Shown piece after piece: positions 1 to 8,946 of a stretch of DNA of 18,167 nt (its first letter is position 1; each line of letters opens with the position of its first letter). This DNA is from a virus. Its lineage: Duplodnaviria > Heunggongvirae > Uroviricota > Caudoviricetes. The notes beneath the pieces are model-generated. The model did no database searches, was not told the origin of the DNA, and was given only the letters and a program-made list of their open reading frames with translations. Both the position numbers and the translations under genes were made by a program. The stretch lies in the IMG/VR virus record IMGVR_UViG_2740892039_000008. One strand, 5' to 3'.

Positions 1-189
1 AACGGTTCTGTGAAAGTGACACGAACCGATCTCCATCGATGTTACTCACCGATCTCCTTCACGGTAATACGCAAGGTGGAAGGCGCGCTACATGTGAAGA
101 ATATCCCGGAACCTCCGCCGCCGGAGCCGGTTACCCGCCCGATGGAGCTGTATATCAATGGCGAACTGGTGAGCAAGTGGGATGAATGA
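1..189 (+). CDS. R: Tail completion protein R, C-terminal fragment (5' end outside window)
   Basis: Open frame from position 1 with no stop until TGA at 187-189 (..PMELYINGELVSKWDE*). Overlaps the S start (ATG 182) in the ATGA/TGA arrangement typical of P2 R/S. Identity inferred from synteny. Confidence 0.65.
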   Translation, partial: NGSVKVTRTDLHRCYSPISFTVIRKVEGALHVKNIPEPPPPEPVTRPMELYINGELVSKWDE

Positions 190-634
190 GTTTAAGCGTT
201 TTGAAGACCGGCTGACCGGACTGACTGAATCGCTGTCACCGTCAGGGCGTCGGCGACTGAGCGCCGAACTGGCGAAACGTCTGCGTCAGAGTCAGCAGCG
301 TCGGGTGATGGCACAGAAAGCCCCGGACGGCACACCCTACGTGCCACGCCAGCAGCAGAGCGCCAGAAAAAAGACCGGTCGTGTTAAGCGAAAAATGTTT
401 GCGAAACTTATCACCAGTCGTTTTTTGCATATCCGCGCCAGCCCGGAACAGGCATCAATGGAGTTTTACGGCGGGAAGTCGCCGAAAATTGCCAGTGTGC
501 ATCAGTTCGGTCTGTCGGAAGAAACCCGGAAAGACGGTAAGAAAACTGATTATCCGGCGCGTCCTCTGCTCGGCTTTACCGGTGAGGATGTGCAGATGAT
601 TGAAGAGATTATCCTGGCTCACCTTGAGCGTTAG
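182..634 (+). CDS. S: Tail completion / virion morphogenesis protein S
   Basis: 150-aa ORF, the same length as P2 gpS, basic N-terminal half, directly downstream of and overlapping R. Position and length match P2. Confidence 0.85.
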   Translation: MNEFKRFEDRLTGLTESLSPSGRRRLSAELAKRLRQSQQRRVMAQKAPDGTPYVPRQQQSARKKTGRVKRKMFAKLITSRFLHIRASPEQASMEFYGGKSPKIASVHQFGLSEETRKDGKKTDYPARPLLGFTGEDVQMIEEIILAHLER

Positions 635-664
635 TTTTATCCAGGCAGAGGCTGATGCGCAATT

Positions 665-699
665 AAACATTGAGCGGCCGTGCTGGTCGCTCAATGTTT
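665..699. repeat. Perfect 12-bp inverted repeat (AAACATTGAGCG-N11-CGCTCAATGTTT) between the convergent S and cargo genes
   Basis: Read directly from the sequence at 665-676 and 688-699. No strong U-tract on either side, so a terminator role is uncertain. Could be a hairpin terminator for the convergent transcripts or the boundary of the inserted module. Confidence 0.4.
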
Positions 700-705
700 A
701 GAGGT

Positions 706-1491
706 TTATGAGTGGTTTTTATTTGATGCTTTGTATTCTAAAACCTTCTTATTGGCGTAAAGGAATTTTGTGTATGACAGGAATATAAATAGACCTGAAA
801 TGAAATAGATTAGGGATATTATTAATAATGTTTTTCTGTGGCTGTTATTATCTTTAATCTCCTGACTTAACCATTCGGAGTCCTCCTCGTTTAGCTGTAA
901 GAGCTTATTGCAGGCGATTGCAGGAAGTGTGTCTGTTACAAAAGTGTTCTGCAGTCTCTTGCAATCGGCAATGCTAAAAGCTTTATAGAACTTATCTGTT
1001 TTATTGTCGGAGAACAAAAGAACCTTGTCATTATAAACATGGTACATCATATTTTTATATGGTATGGCTATGGCATCCTCTACTATGGCAGATTGCTCGT
1101 TGTGTATGCAACATGCGAAGATAATATAAAGAATTCCGGCCAGGACTGCACTCATTGTTTTTGTGATGCATGGCGGTTCTGTTATGTCTCCCCAGAAGCG
1201 AGTAAGGAAAAAATCCGATGTTTTTAGTTTTCCATCAATCAGCCCCTGCTGTATCATTCTCACATCTTCGATGCCTGATACATTGATTCCGTTAAGTATT
1301 TTAAATAGTTGAATGTCGCGCCACTCGCGGTCCAGTCTTTTTAATTTTTTGTCTGAATATCCAAATTTGAAATAATGTGCAATAAGCCTCATAAGGTTAC
1401 TTTTACCAAAGCTAAAAAATGCTAATACTGCAAAGACCAAAAGATACAAAACGATTAGCTCCCACACATTAGTCACATTATAGCTGACCAT
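706..1491 (-). CDS. Hypothetical cargo (moron) membrane protein, 261 aa, three predicted transmembrane helices; function unknown
   Basis: ATG at 1489-1491 (minus) preceded by AAGGAG with a 6-nt spacer. Visibly AT-rich versus flanking phage genes (GC not computed). Opposite orientation to the late operon. Hydrophobic segments at about aa 10-29, 114-131 and 224-244. Occupies the S/V variable locus (orf30 position in P2). Confidence 0.75.
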   Translation of the reverse strand: MVSYNVTNVWELIVLYLLVFAVLAFFSFGKSNLMRLIAHYFKFGYSDKKLKRLDREWRDIQLFKILNGINVSGIEDVRMIQQGLIDGKLKTSDFFLTRFWGDITEPPCITKTMSAVLAGILYIIFACCIHNEQSAIVEDAIAIPYKNMMYHVYNDKVLLFSDNKTDKFYKAFSIADCKRLQNTFVTDTLPAIACNKLLQLNEEDSEWLSQEIKDNNSHRKTLLIISLIYFISGLFIFLSYTKFLYANKKVLEYKASNKNHS

Positions 1492-1574
1492 TACGCTCTC
1501 CTTGAATGTTGTCTGGTGGTTCTACAAATGAATCCAGATAGCATAACTTTTATATATTGTGCAATCTCACATGC
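1492..1574 (+). promoter_or_regulatory. Divergent intergenic region: candidate P2 late promoter (PV-like) with an imperfect Ogr-type box, plus the promoter region of the minus-strand cargo gene
   Basis: ATGTTGTCTGGTGGTTCTACAA at 1506-1527 resembles the TGT-N12-ACA activator site of P2 late promoters, but spacing is N11 for an exact ACA. Location upstream of V fits PV. Weak, by eye. Confidence 0.3.
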
Positions 1575-2210
1575 ATGGACACTCTCGCAAATATTCAGGA
1601 ACTCGCGCGCGCACTGCGCAACATGATTCGTACCGGCATTATCGTTGAAACCGACCTTAACGCCGGTCGCTGCCGTGTGCAGACCGGCGGCATGTGCACC
1701 GACTGGCTTCAGTGGCTGACCCATCGCGCCGGACGTTCGCGCACATGGTGGGCACCTTCCGTGGGGGAACAGGTGCTGATTCTGGCCGTGGGCGGTGAAC
1801 TCGACACGGCGTTCGTTCTGCCGGGGATTTATTCCGGCGATAACCCTGCGCCGTCTGCGTCGGCGGATGCCCTGCATATCCGTTTCCCTGACGGGGCGGT
1901 GATTGAGTATGAACCCGAAACCAGTGCGCTTACGGTAAGCGGAATTAAAACGGCCAGCGTGACGGCTTCTGATTCTGTTACTGCCACGGTGCCGGTGGTC
2001 ATGGTGAAAGCATCAACCCGCATCACTCTGGACACGCCGGAGGTGGTCTGCACAAACAAGCTGATCACCGGCACGCTGGAAGTGCAGAAGGGCGGGACGA
2101 TGCGCGGCAACATTGAACACACCGGCGGTGAACTCTCATCAAACGGTAAGGTACTGCATACCCATAAACACCCCGGCGACAGCGGCGGCACAACCGGGAG
2201 TCCTTTATGA
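1575..2210 (+). CDS. V: Baseplate assembly / spike protein V
   Basis: ORF-track frame 1557-2210. I chose the internal ATG at 1575 (MDTLANIQELARALRNM..), giving 211 aa, the P2 gpV length. The track ORF begins at a GTG six codons upstream. TGA overlaps the W start. Confidence 0.85.
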   Translation: MDTLANIQELARALRNMIRTGIIVETDLNAGRCRVQTGGMCTDWLQWLTHRAGRSRTWWAPSVGEQVLILAVGGELDTAFVLPGIYSGDNPAPSASADALHIRFPDGAVIEYEPETSALTVSGIKTASVTASDSVTATVPVVMVKASTRITLDTPEVVCTNKLITGTLEVQKGGTMRGNIEHTGGELSSNGKVLHTHKHPGDSGGTTGSPL

Positions 2211-2554
2211 CAGCGCGTTATCTCGGAATGAATCGCAGTGATGGCCTGACTGTCACTGACCTTGAGCATATCAGCCAGAGTATCGGCGATATCCTGCGCA
2301 CACCGGTCGGCTCACGGGTGATGCGTCGTGATTACGGCTCGTTGCTGGCGTCAATGATTGACCAGCCGCAGACCCCGGCGCTTGAGTTGCAGATTAAGGT
2401 CGCCTGTTACATGGCGGTGCTGAAATGGGAACCCCGCGTCACCCTGTCATCCGTCACCACTGAGCGCAGTTTTGACGGGCGAATGACGGTCACGTTAACC
2501 GGCCAGCACAACGACACCGGCCAGCCACTTTCGTTAACCATCCCTGTGAGTTGA
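2207..2554 (+). CDS. W: Baseplate wedge protein W (gp25-like)
   Basis: 115 aa, as in P2 gpW. Start overlaps V stop (ATGA). GGGAG Shine-Dalgarno upstream. Confidence 0.85.
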   Translation: MTARYLGMNRSDGLTVTDLEHISQSIGDILRTPVGSRVMRRDYGSLLASMIDQPQTPALELQIKVACYMAVLKWEPRVTLSSVTTERSFDGRMTVTLTGQHNDTGQPLSLTIPVS

Positions 2555-2558
2555 AACC

Positions 2559-3467
2559 ATGCCGATTATCGACCTGAACCAGCTACCCGCACCGGATGTG
2601 GTCGAGGAGCTGGACTTTGAAACCATTCTTGCCGAACGCAAGGCGACACTGATTTCCCTTTACCCGGAAGACCAGCAGGAGGCGGTCGCCCGTACCCTGA
2701 CACTGGAATCTGAGCCTCTCGTCAAACTGCTGGAGGAAAATGCTTATCGTGAGCTTATCTGGCGTCAGCGTGTGAATGAGGCCGCACGGGCGGTGATGCT
2801 GGCCTGTGCCGCCGGTAATGACCTTGATGTGATTGGTGCCAATTACAACACCACGCGCCTGATTATCACCCCGGCAGATGATTCGACCATCCCGCCGACA
2901 CCGGCAGTGATGGAATCTGACACCGATTATCGTCTGCGTATTCAGCAGGCGTTTGAAGGTTTAAGCGTCGCCGGGTCGGTGGGTGCCTATCAGTATCATG
3001 GACGCAGTGCTGACGGGCGTGTCGCGGATATCTCTGTCACCAGTCCGTCTCCGGCCTGTGTCACCATCTCTGTGCTGTCACGTGAAAATAACGGTGTCGC
3101 TTCCGAAGACCTGCTGGCGGTGGTGCGTAACGCCCTTAATGGTGAGGACGTCAGGCCGGTGGCCGACCGCGTGACCGTGCAGTCTGCCGCCATCGTTGAA
3201 TACCAGATAAACGCCACGCTTTACCTTTACCCTGGTCCCGAAAGCGAACCCATCCGCGCTGCTGCCGTGAAAAAACTGGAAGCGTACATCACGGCACAGC
3301 ACCGGCTGGGGCGCGACATCCGTCTGTCTGCCATTTATGCCGCTTTGCATGTGGAAGGCGTGCAGCGTGTCGAACTGGCTGCACCACTGGCCGACATCGT
3401 GCTCAACAATACGCAGGCGTCTTTCTGTACCGAATACCGCGTTGTGACCGGAGGCTCGGATGAGTGA
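2559..3467 (+). CDS. J: Baseplate protein J
   Basis: 302 aa, as in P2 gpJ. Follows W by 4 nt. 3' end overlaps I. Confidence 0.88.
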   Translation: MPIIDLNQLPAPDVVEELDFETILAERKATLISLYPEDQQEAVARTLTLESEPLVKLLEENAYRELIWRQRVNEAARAVMLACAAGNDLDVIGANYNTTRLIITPADDSTIPPTPAVMESDTDYRLRIQQAFEGLSVAGSVGAYQYHGRSADGRVADISVTSPSPACVTISVLSRENNGVASEDLLAVVRNALNGEDVRPVADRVTVQSAAIVEYQINATLYLYPGPESEPIRAAAVKKLEAYITAQHRLGRDIRLSAIYAALHVEGVQRVELAAPLADIVLNNTQASFCTEYRVVTGGSDE

Positions 3468-3990
3468 TTCGCGCCTGCTGCCGACCGGCTCATCACCGCT
3501 TGAGGTCGCCGCCGCAAAAGCCTGTGCGGAAATTGAAAAAACGCCGGTCAGTATTCGTGAGCTGTGGAACCCGGACACCTGCCCGGCAAATCTGCTGCCG
3601 TGGCTGGCGTGGGCGTTTTCGGTCGACAGGTGGGATGAAAAGTGGCCGGAAGCGACAAAACGCGCCGTTATCCGCGATGCCTATTTCATCCACTGTCATA
3701 AAGGCACTATCGGCGCAATCCGGCGTGTGGTGGAGCCGCTCGGCTATCTCATTAACGTAAAGGAATGGTGGGAGACAAACGACCCGCCCGGAACCTTTCG
3801 CCTTGATATCGGTGTGCTGGAAAGCGGCATCACGGAGGAGATGTATCTGGAAATGGAACGGCTGATTGCCGATGCCAAACCCGCAAGTCGCCACCTTATC
3901 GGTCTGAACATTATCCAGGACATTCCCGGCTATCTGTATACAGGCGGTGTGGTCTGTGATGGTGATGTTATTACTGTTTATCCCGGATAA
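3460..3990 (+). CDS. I: Baseplate / tail formation protein I
   Basis: 176 aa, as in P2 gpI. Overlaps the J 3' end by 8 nt (translational coupling). Confidence 0.85.
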   Translation: MSDSRLLPTGSSPLEVAAAKACAEIEKTPVSIRELWNPDTCPANLLPWLAWAFSVDRWDEKWPEATKRAVIRDAYFIHCHKGTIGAIRRVVEPLGYLINVKEWWETNDPPGTFRLDIGVLESGITEEMYLEMERLIADAKPASRHLIGLNIIQDIPGYLYTGGVVCDGDVITVYPG

Positions 3991-4000
3991 GTGAGAAACA

Positions 4001-6619
4001 ATGAGCACGAAATTTAAAACCGTTATCACTACTGCCGGAGCCGCGAAGCTGGCAGCCGCTACTGTTCCCGGCGGGAAAAAAGTAAACCTGTCTGCAATGG
4101 CTGTGGGTGACGGTAATGGCCAATTGCCGGTGCCGGATGCCGGTCAGACGAAACTGGTGCATGAAGTCTGGCGTCACGCTCTGAATAAAGTCAGTGTGGA
4201 TAACAAGAATAAAAACTATATCGTGGCTGAACTGGTTGTTCCGCCAGAAGTGGGCGGCTTCTGGATGCGTGAGCTTGGTCTGTATGATGATGCCGGAACA
4301 CTGATTGCGGTATCCAACATGGCAGAAAGCTATAAGCCAGAACTGGCTGAAGGCTCCGGACGTGCGCAGACCTGCCGCATGGTTATTATTCTCAGTAACG
4401 TGGCGTCCGTTGAGCTGAGTATTGATGCCAGCACAGTGATGGCGACGCAGGATTACGTCGATGACAAAATCGCAGAGCATGAGCAGTCCCGCCGCCATCC
4501 TGACGCCACGCTGACAGAGAAAGGTTTTACTCAGTTAAGCAGTGCAACAAACAGCACCAGTGAGTCACTGGCGGCAACGCCAAAAGCGGTCAAGGCTGCG
4601 AATGACAACGCAAATTCACGTCTGGCGAAAAATCAGAACGGTGCAGATATCCAGGATAAATCAGCTTTTCTGGACAATGTTGGCGTTACCAGCCTGACGT
4701 TTATGAAAAACAATGGCGAAATGCCGGTTGATGCTGATCTGAATACGTTTGGTCCTGTTAAGGCTTATTCAGGTATCTGGTCTAAAGCAACATCCACCAA
4801 CGCAACACTGGAGAAAAATTTCCCGGAAGATAATGCTGTCGGTGTGCTTGAGGTTTTTGCTGCCGGCAATTTTGCAGGTACGCAACGCTTTACCACAAGA
4901 GACGGCAATGTATACATGCGTAAACTCGCCAATAAGTGGAATGGCACTGATGGTCCGTGGGGCGTATGGCGTCACACTCAATCAGCGACCCGCCCTTTGA
5001 GTACGACTATAGACCTGAATACGCTTGGAGCCGCCGAGCATCTTGGTTTATGGCGTAACAGTAGCTCGGCTATAGCTTCATATGAACGCAATTATCCAGA
5101 GGAAGGCGGCTTTGCTCAGGGGACGCTTGAGATCCTCGAAGGCGGGAATTATGGAAGAACGCAACGTTATACCACTCGCCGTGGAAATATGTACGTCCGC
5201 TGCCTTGCGGCAAGCTGGGATGCATCAAATCCGCAGTGGGAACCGTGGTTAAGAGTTGGTCATCAGTCAGAGAGTCGTTATTACGACGGGGATTTGAATG
5301 ATGTGACTTCACCAGGTATTTACAGCGTTACAGGTAAAGCGACCAACGGTCCAATACTGGACGGAAACGGCGTGACAGTCCTCGGTATTCTGGAAGTGTT
5401 GAGGCGCTTTGATGGTGTTAACGTATGGCAGCGTTATACAACTGCCGGAACAGGTGCAACCCTTAAAGGTCGCACGTTTGAGCGCGTCTATACCGGCAGC
5501 TCGTGGAGCGAATGGCGGGAAGTCTACACCTCGTATTCACTTCCCCTGAATCTGGGTATCGGCGGTGCAGTGGCAAAGCTCACCAGCCTGGACTGGCAGA
5601 CCCACGACTTTGTGCCGGGCAGTCTGATAACCGTTCGGCTTGATAACATGACCAACATTCCCGACGGTATGGACTGGGGCGTCATTGATGGCAACCTGAT
5701 AAACATCGCAGTTGGTCCGAGTGATGATTCCGGTACGGGGCGCTCAATGCATGTATGGCGCAGCACTGTAAGTAAAGCGAATTACCGCTTTTTTATGGTG
5801 CGTATTTCAGGAAATCCGGGAAGCCGCACGATCACGACAAGACGTGTGCCAATTATCGACGAAGCTCAGACATGGGCGGCGAAACAGACATTCAGCGGTG
5901 GTCTTTCAGGCGAACTGTCCGGCAATGCGGCTACAGCAACAAAGCTGAAAACGGCAAGGACAATTAACGGCGTGAAATTTGACGGCTCGGCAAATATTGA
6001 AGTATTTCCGCCAGGTGTTCCGCTGCCATGGCCATCAGATACACCGCCTGCAGGCTATGCAATCATGCAGGGACAGACGTTTGATAAGGCAGCATATCCG
6101 AAACTGGCTATTGCCTATCCTTCTGGTGTTATTCCAGATATGCGCGGCTGGACAATCAAGGGCAAACCCGCCAGTGGGCGTGCCGTATTGTCACAGGAAC
6201 AGGACGGGATTAAATCGCATACTCACAGCGCCAGTGCGTCAAATACGGACTTAGGAACGAAAACGACCAGTTCATTTGATTACGGGACAAAAACAGTCAG
6301 TACGTTTAACCACGGCACAAAATCAACCAATACTTCTGGCAATCATACACATACCGTCGGTTTTGCTGTGAGCGTGCAATCAGGCGGTGCAGATTATGGT
6401 GTTCCGCGAAGTGATAAAGGTGCTACGACTACAAGTTCATCAGGCAATCATGCACATACAGTCGACATTGGAGCACATAACCATACTGTTGGTATTGGTG
6501 CACATTCACACACTGTTGCTATTGGCTCACACGGGCATTCCATTACCGTAAATGCTACTGGCAATACCGAAAACACCGTCAAAAACATCGCATTTAACTA
6601 TATTGTGAGGCTTGCATAA
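4001..6619 (+). CDS. H: Tail fibre protein H, mosaic: conserved P2-like N-terminus, three internal ~50-aa repeats, His-rich HxH C-terminal tip
   Basis: 872 aa (P2 gpH is about 669 aa by recall). N-terminus [20 protein letters not shown].. is a P2-H-type baseplate-attachment region. C-terminus carries repeated GNHTHTV / [27 protein letters not shown] motifs and a ..NYIVRLA end typical of Tfa-dependent fibres. Confidence 0.9.
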   Translation: MSTKFKTVITTAGAAKLAAATVPGGKKVNLSAMAVGDGNGQLPVPDAGQTKLVHEVWRHALNKVSVDNKNKNYIVAELVVPPEVGGFWMRELGLYDDAGTLIAVSNMAESYKPELAEGSGRAQTCRMVIILSNVASVELSIDASTVMATQDYVDDKIAEHEQSRRHPDATLTEKGFTQLSSATNSTSESLAATPKAVKAANDNANSRLAKNQNGADIQDKSAFLDNVGVTSLTFMKNNGEMPVDADLNTFGPVKAYSGIWSKATSTNATLEKNFPEDNAVGVLEVFAAGNFAGTQRFTTRDGNVYMRKLANKWNGTDGPWGVWRHTQSATRPLSTTIDLNTLGAAEHLGLWRNSSSAIASYERNYPEEGGFAQGTLEILEGGNYGRTQRYTTRRGNMYVRCLAASWDASNPQWEPWLRVGHQSESRYYDGDLNDVTSPGIYSVTGKATNGPILDGNGVTVLGILEVLRRFDGVNVWQRYTTAGTGATLKGRTFERVYTGSSWSEWREVYTSYSLPLNLGIGGAVAKLTSLDWQTHDFVPGSLITVRLDNMTNIPDGMDWGVIDGNLINIAVGPSDDSGTGRSMHVWRSTVSKANYRFFMVRISGNPGSRTITTRRVPIIDEAQTWAAKQTFSGGLSGELSGNAATATKLKTARTINGVKFDGSANIEVFPPGVPLPWPSDTPPAGYAIMQGQTFDKAAYPKLAIAYPSGVIPDMRGWTIKGKPASGRAVLSQEQDGIKSHTHSASASNTDLGTKTTSSFDYGTKTVSTFNHGTKSTNTSGNHTHTVGFAVSVQSGGADYGVPRSDKGATTTSSSGNHAHTVDIGAHNHTVGIGAHSHTVAIGSHGHSITVNATGNTENTVKNIAFNYIVRLA

Positions 6620-7197
6620 TGGCTTTCAGAATGAGTGCAGAAGCACAAACTATCCGCGTTTTCAATTTACTTGATGGAACCAATGAGTTTATTGGCGAAA
6701 GTGATGCATATATTCCGCCGTATACTGGCCTGCCTGCAAACAGTACAGATATTGCACCACCTGATATTCCTGCTGGTTATGCAGCCGTTTTCAATGCAGA
6801 TGAAATGAAATGGGAGTTGATGGAAGATCATCGCGGAAAGACTGTCTACGAAACGAAAACGGGAGCAGCCATTTATATTTCTGAACTTGGCGCATTACCT
6901 CCAGACGTGACAGCCATTTCCCCGGAGGGGGATTATCAGAAATGGAACGGAAATGCGTGGGTGAATGATGAGAATGCAGAGCGTGATGCACTTGTCAGAG
7001 CGGCTGAGTCTCAGAAGAAAGAGCAGATTGCATATGCAGGTGAAATCATTGCCATGCTGCAGGATGCTGTCGATTTAGATATGGCTACCGAGGAAGAAAA
7101 GTTAAGCCTGACACACTGGAAAAAATACCGTGTGCTACTTAATCGCGTTCAGCCGGAAAATGCTCCGGATATAGAATGGCCTGAAATGCCGCAATAA
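6619..7197 (+). CDS. G: Tail fibre assembly protein (chaperone), G position
   Basis: 192 aa. ATG overlaps the H stop (TAATG). C-terminal ..[27 protein letters not shown] resembles the conserved Tfa C-terminal region. Position equals P2 G. Longer than P2 gpG (175 aa by recall), consistent with a swapped H-tip/G module. Confidence 0.8.
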   Translation: MAFRMSAEAQTIRVFNLLDGTNEFIGESDAYIPPYTGLPANSTDIAPPDIPAGYAAVFNADEMKWELMEDHRGKTVYETKTGAAIYISELGALPPDVTAISPEGDYQKWNGNAWVNDENAERDALVRAAESQKKEQIAYAGEIIAMLQDAVDLDMATEEEKLSLTHWKKYRVLLNRVQPENAPDIEWPEMPQ

Positions 7198-7258
7198 ATC
7201 GTATTAGCTCTGGTGTGAGATTACTCATCTATGGCACAGAGTAAAACCTAATCTGACT

Positions 7259-7282
7259 GTCCGCTCTGTGCTAGGAGCGGAC
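7259..7282. repeat. 8-bp inverted repeat hairpin (GTCCGCTC-N8-GAGCGGAC) downstream of G
   Basis: Read from the sequence. No following T-run, so not a canonical intrinsic terminator. Confidence 0.3.
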
Positions 7283-7495
7283 GTGATGCATATCTGTCAC
7301 CAAATTTAATGTGCCACTACAAACAGAGTATATAGTTGAATATTATAGTGCACCCCGGCCTCATGAATATAACGGTGGATTACCGCCGAACGAGTCGGAA
7401 AATAGATACTGGAAAAACTCTAAAATCGAGGCCAGTTTTTGTTGTTCTCTACAATAATAATCGGATTTTCCCATGACAAGTTTAATAGTATTTAG

Positions 7496-8605
7496 GTGCC
7501 TGAAGTGAAGTTGAAGAAGCTATTGATGAAAGTTGTGAAAGTGGTAAAGGAGCAGGTTCTAAGTACCGTTATTTCGGGAATAATAGGCATAGCGGCTACA
7601 GTAGGGCTTTTCCATTTCACTTCACAGCCAATACGATCTGCTGATGTTCGCGAAAAATTAGTTGAAATGGCTCGGGAGTGCATCCAGCAGCAGCTTGCCA
7701 CACATTTGGACTCAGTGGCGTTTGACTCAGTGGCTAGCGAGTCTCTCGATCTAAGCACCTCAAACTCCGTTGTAGTCTACGGAAGAACTGTGAGCACAAA
7801 TGGTGCCCTTAGCCGTTTCCTGATGGTCTTCGAGCCCTCTGGACAGAGTTTGATAGATAAGGTGGTTGGCAGACCTGGATTCTACGATATTGGGTATTGG
7901 GCAATCATCCCAGACGCAGGGGACGACGAGGTTGTGGCTTCTTCAGTAAACATTGAAGACCTCGACAAAGATGGTAACAAGGACATACTAGTCCGCTTAA
8001 AGTCAACTTACGCGGATGGTGTATCCAAAGGGCTTCTTATACTTAAAAAGGATATCCATGATGTATGGCATTTGATGGGGCTTCCATCAATGACAGAGAT
8101 CATGCATTCCATTGCTGCAGGTCAGCCTCCCCAGCCGGAAGGTCTTCACCTTCCACTTCCGGCAATACAATGGTTTAGTAATGACGAAAAACTCAAACCA
8201 AAGTCTGATATCAAACAATATCTTAATTGGGAAATTGACGAAGATAACTTGCAGGTCGCTGATTCCACTGGAAATCATTCTTTTTGGATGTTCAGAAACG
8301 GCACCAAGATAAAAATGTTCGAGAATGGACAAGCCGGCTACAAGCACTTTGGTGTACTGGTCAACATCAATGATGAAGAGGCGATACAGGGAAGGCATCA
8401 TCTCATGGTCAGCTTTTTCAAGATAGAGAATAATAGTTTGGTTCCTGATCCGAATTGGAACTGGGCCTATCCCATGTTCTCTATCGGATTAGAGGATAGC
8501 CAAGAAGTTGAATTAAGTGACATGCAGGAAGCGGGCTTACAAGCTCATGTTTCTGGTAGCTCCGTTTTCGGCCTGACAGAGTTTGGGAAAATGGACTCAG
8601 ATTAA
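7496..8605 (+). CDS. Hypothetical cargo protein at the G/FI (Z/fun) variable locus; 369 aa, N-terminal basic segment plus one predicted transmembrane helix, large C-terminal domain with a DxDxDG-like motif; function unknown
   Basis: GTG start at 7496 (alternative ATG at 7526 preceded by AAGAAG). Hydrophobic helix at about aa 21-41 (VLSTVISGIIGIAATVGLFHF). Motif IEDLDKDGNKD. Visibly lower GC than neighbouring tail genes. Followed by a strong terminator. Confidence 0.7.
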   Translation: MPEVKLKKLLMKVVKVVKEQVLSTVISGIIGIAATVGLFHFTSQPIRSADVREKLVEMARECIQQQLATHLDSVAFDSVASESLDLSTSNSVVVYGRTVSTNGALSRFLMVFEPSGQSLIDKVVGRPGFYDIGYWAIIPDAGDDEVVASSVNIEDLDKDGNKDILVRLKSTYADGVSKGLLILKKDIHDVWHLMGLPSMTEIMHSIAAGQPPQPEGLHLPLPAIQWFSNDEKLKPKSDIKQYLNWEIDEDNLQVADSTGNHSFWMFRNGTKIKMFENGQAGYKHFGVLVNINDEEAIQGRHHLMVSFFKIENNSLVPDPNWNWAYPMFSIGLEDSQEVELSDMQEAGLQAHVSGSSVFGLTEFGKMDSD

Positions 8606-8916
8606 TATTCGCTAACCTTACCAACGAAGAGCAGGTCACAGGTATGGCCTAATTATGTTTTCAGAGGAGTCAGGGCTCAAGAATGCCCCCAGATAAGCCG
8701 TAAATCCTGTAGCGCAAAATCGTCTCAGATGACGCAGAGATATTAAAAACGCCTCAACCTGTTCATCAATTAATTGATAGGTTGAACTGTTAGTTAAACT
8801 TTCACCAGCAGAAAGGTATGAACTTTTTCGACTCGCTCAAAGCTGGCTGTCAGAGCTGATAGCGTTTTGGCTACGTAAATTGTCAGTTGGAAACTGAGCG
8901 AGTACAAATCAGGACG

Positions 8917-8945
8917 GGCGGGCTGATTGCCCGCCTTTTCTTTAT
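8917..8945 (+). terminator. Rho-independent terminator closing the cargo transcription unit
   Basis: GGCGGGC (8917-8923), loop TGATT, GCCCGCC (8929-8935), then TTTTCTTTAT. Confidence 0.6.
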
Positions 8946-8946
8946 C

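Noticed and set aside
1039-1227. 62-aa plus-strand ORF inside the cargo gene region
   Set aside because: Antisense to the 261-aa minus-strand gene, which has a strong Shine-Dalgarno. No Shine-Dalgarno of its own. Likely chance.
1491-1877. 128-aa minus-strand ORF, and the overlapping 146-aa ORF at 1829-2269
   Set aside because: Both lie antisense within V and the V/W junction, which have strong synteny and length support. Long antisense ORFs are expected by chance in GC-rich coding DNA.
2983-4498. Several minus-strand and alternative-frame ORFs (for example 3078-3578, 3493-4029, 3971-4498)
   Set aside because: All are embedded in or antisense to J, I and H, whose frames are supported by length, overlaps and start signals.
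7363-7476. 37-codon ORF in the G-to-cargo intergenic region
   Set aside because: No convincing Shine-Dalgarno, low-complexity composition, and it lies in the probable promoter region of the cargo gene. Not supportable as a gene.
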